A stretch of 63,931 nucleotides of DNA, filler included, from Octopus bimaculoides (taxonomy: Eukaryota), in the NCBI RefSeq assembly GCF_001194135.2. It is 6 parts of 4 records of this genome, joined end to end, with 100 filler letters (N's around TTAATTAATTAA, not from the genome) between each part and the next. Parts side by side here need not be neighbours in the genome. Positions count along the whole stretch, not along the records: positions 60,307 to 63,931 come from NC_068990.1; 5 more parts are not named here. One strand, 5' to 3'. A program made the translations under genes and the position numbers. This document shows, in pieces, positions 61,051 through 63,931 of the stretch. The stretch's first letter is position 1. Every line of letters begins with the position of its first letter. The notes under the pieces are model-generated. The model was not told the origin of the DNA, searched no databases, and saw only the letters and a program-made list of their open reading frames with translations.

Positions 61051-62803
61051 TTCTGTTTGATTTATTGCTTTATCATGAAGTCACAAATAAATGTTGATTG
61101 GGATAAGACCCCTTGCAGAATATGGAGGCAAAGACAAAGGGTTTGCAGAAGATGGTAACTGGAAAAATAATAGCCTCTGAGTTGGGGGAATGTTGAAAAC
61201 AATCAGGGTTTTACTACTATGGGTTTGATCGTAGGGTTTACAAGCAGATTACTTAAATATGATAGATTATAATGAAAACAATGAAAGCAAAATGAATATA
61301 ATTATTGGACTAGGAATTGTACTTATTTTGTGAAATCATATACAGAACTTATATGAACAAGAAAGAGAAGCTATCATTTCAAAGCTACAACAATTTAAGG
61401 AAGCACACTGTGTCCAGCGGTGTATGACAACATCTGATAGTCTATGATATATATAAAGTCTAATGCAATACATAAATCACAATAAAGAAATGATTTAATA
61501 AATTACATAAAATTATGATTAAATTTAAACAGAAAGAATTTGGAACATTATGAGATAAAATAGAGGGAGATAAAGAGAAATGAGAATAACACTGAGATAG
61601 CAATGAAATGATCAGAAAAATAAATGCAAATATTATTTTGTAAATGCTATTTTGCAAAATGCATTTTTGTTATTTTTTTCATTGGTGATCAATGTATATA
61701 AATTTAGTAATCAAAGTTCATTGCATTTCAAATTGTCTCAAAAGAAACGATCATATTAGAACTTCAAAATCAACCTCAACTAATCAAATGGTGAAGAGAT
61801 TTTTGTTAGAACATTAAATTCCTCTGCTTGAGGCAAAGTCGATATCTTATAATGATACGTCATTGCATATACAAGCAAAAACAGATTTAAAAAAGGTTGA
61901 GAATTGAGGATTATAACATGCAGCCTACTGTTTAGTTGAAGTGTCAGTTGTAATATCACTCAAATTTTTCAAAACCTCAAAAAGAAAAAAAAAAAACCTT
62001 ACACACCATAAATTTCCAAAATATTTTTAACAAAAACAATGTTAATGTTAGCTATAGTTGTACTGACAATTCAACAGAGAAAATCTGATACACTCAAATG
62101 CTCATACTTTATTACATTAAAGCAACCACCATAACGTTGGTAGTTGCCAACTAGATAATAAAAGCTTTCAAAAATACTTATACAAAACATTATATAATGC
62201 CTGGCTGAAAATACCTTTAAAGCAAGATATAATCAGCACATATTATTTGTTCAGACATGAAAAAGAAAAAAGACTACAACCCTCTTCAAATATGCTTGAA
62301 GCCTGAAGTATACAGGCATAAATTATTCCAAGATCAACTGGTTATTAATTGAAAATGTATCTTCATACATCAAGAGATTCTTCTTGTTCAGAAGAAGTAC
62401 TTGTTATGCATATTTACATTACAAACATGGCAAAATAACATAATATCCTGTTATCATTACTAACAGTCACTTGCTAAACATTTTACATAGATTTTTGTGT
62501 GTCATTTCTTTCATTTCTTTTCTCGTTGGACACAACTCTACAAATTTCTCATACAAACATTTGTGCATAGTTCTACTGTCCACATCACTTACCACCTTTG
62601 GTTTTACTATGCTAAAAGACATTTCTTTATATTGTTTATCAACCTGTCTATTCTAATACAAAGTAGCTTTCACTCTCTACATTTAACTTATTGTCTTTCT
62701 TTCCTCTATTCATCATTTCATTTTCCTGAGAAAAAGTTTCTTATTTTATTTATCTATGTCACTGTCTCATTCTTATTCATTGATTCACTGTCTCTCTAAA
62801 CCA

Positions 62804-62840
62804 GTGGTTCTCAATCTTTTTGATTTCATGGCACAATAGA
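62804..62840 (+). mobile_element. Isolated hAT (Charlie-like) TIR
   Basis: CAGTGGTTCTCAATCTTTTT; partner end not found. Confidence 0.3.
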
Positions 62841-63849
62841 GACAAAATAAATAAGTTACTGATGCACTTCATATAAAAAATTTTAAAAAGTGTTTTGAAA
62901 TTAAAGGTTAAGAAAAAATACATTGAGTAGTATTGCTTCTCATGTTTTATAAATCATGCTTGTGTGAAATCGAACTTGTGATTCTTTAGTGAATTTTTTT
63001 CCCTATGGGACATATATTCAGCAGTTTCTTTTATAAGATTATTTACATTTAATGCTATTCAGTGAAGGAAATCCTATTTCATGTAAATATATCTTTGAAA
63101 ATTGAATCAAAACAGACAATAATTCTTATGCTATGGAAGGATAGTCTTGCCTGATGCAAAACCAAAAGTTTTCTAGAGACAACATCTCACATTTGATTTT
63201 AATTAGATTTAGAAACCAATTCTTCATCCTAAAATAATTTAAAACCACTATCAGTTCAAATTCCCATGAAAGGGCTTTGAATGCAATTGTTTTCCTTTAT
63301 GTTAAATAATTAAAAAAAGAAAAAAAATCAATGCTAAATTTCTCTTCTGGAGTTGTCAAACACTGAACATTAATAGGTGACATTCCTTTTACAAGAGTTA
63401 ATGCTAAAGGAGTCATTTAATTAAATTCCCATCTGTAGTTTAATTTTTTCAAAATTACTATCTTTTTTCTGAAATGTTAGTTTGTTGTAGATTTGAGGAT
63501 ATTTTTATATTTGTCTTGCATGCTTCTGTTCAGGCTATTAAGGTGTTGAAATATGCTTGTCAAATATTCCAGGCTAGACAACCAAGAATTTACATTGAAA
63601 GTGTTCATAAAAGTGTTTTTGATTTAATTAAAAAAAATATAAAAACTCCTTTTGGACTTCATGCAACAAGCAAAGCACCTTTCTCTTTGACAGTTATCTC
63701 ATTTCTGTGTGTAGATGTAAAAGTAGTTGTCTGTGTTTTGAATGCATGTCAATGAAAAATTTTCAAATGAGTATTTTATTGTCTATTCTTAATAAAATAA
63801 AACATTTCAAAATCTTGATCTAAAACTTGTTTCATTTCAACTCTCAATG

Positions 63850-63854
<5 letters not shown>

Positions 63855-63931
<77 letters not shown>
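63855..63931. repeat. (CA)n microsatellite
   Basis: Directly visible to the window end. Confidence 0.98.

Noticed and set aside
61100-63850. Long repeat-poor AT-rich stretch as a possible gene region
   Set aside because: No ORF with recognisable motifs and no convincing paired splice sites; probably intronic or intergenic

Overview
AT-rich, microsatellite-saturated eukaryotic DNA. The SINE families and simple-repeat load resemble a coleoid cephalopod (Octopus-like); this is an inference, not a database result. The window has many N gaps and five artificial 100-bp joins (44 N + TTAATTAATTAA + 44 N), so it is up to six pieces whose adjacency is unproven. No intact host gene, rRNA, true tRNA or CRISPR array is supportable, and most listed ORFs are translations of simple repeats. 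Recognisable content is decayed transposons: three tRNA-derived SINE families (about 35 copies or fragments), an L1/Tx1-type LINE, an RT-less RTE LINE, R4/Dong-like RLE retrotransposon 3' ends bounded by (AAT)n, two Penelope-like GIY-YIG fragments (one with an inverted terminal repeat and hammerhead-like motifs), two DD37D (maT) transposase relics, and mariner, pogo, hAT and CACTA-like non-autonomous elements. A few orphan candidate exons are low confidence. I found no convincing new biological system. The best leads are a tandem array of Pol III B-boxes amplified inside a SINE, a fold-back element built from two transposon right ends, (AAT)n tracts acting as serial retroposon landing pads, hammerhead-like motifs, a 91-bp MITE or pre-miRNA-like hairpin, and a candidate exon with a nuclear-receptor P-box-like peptide.
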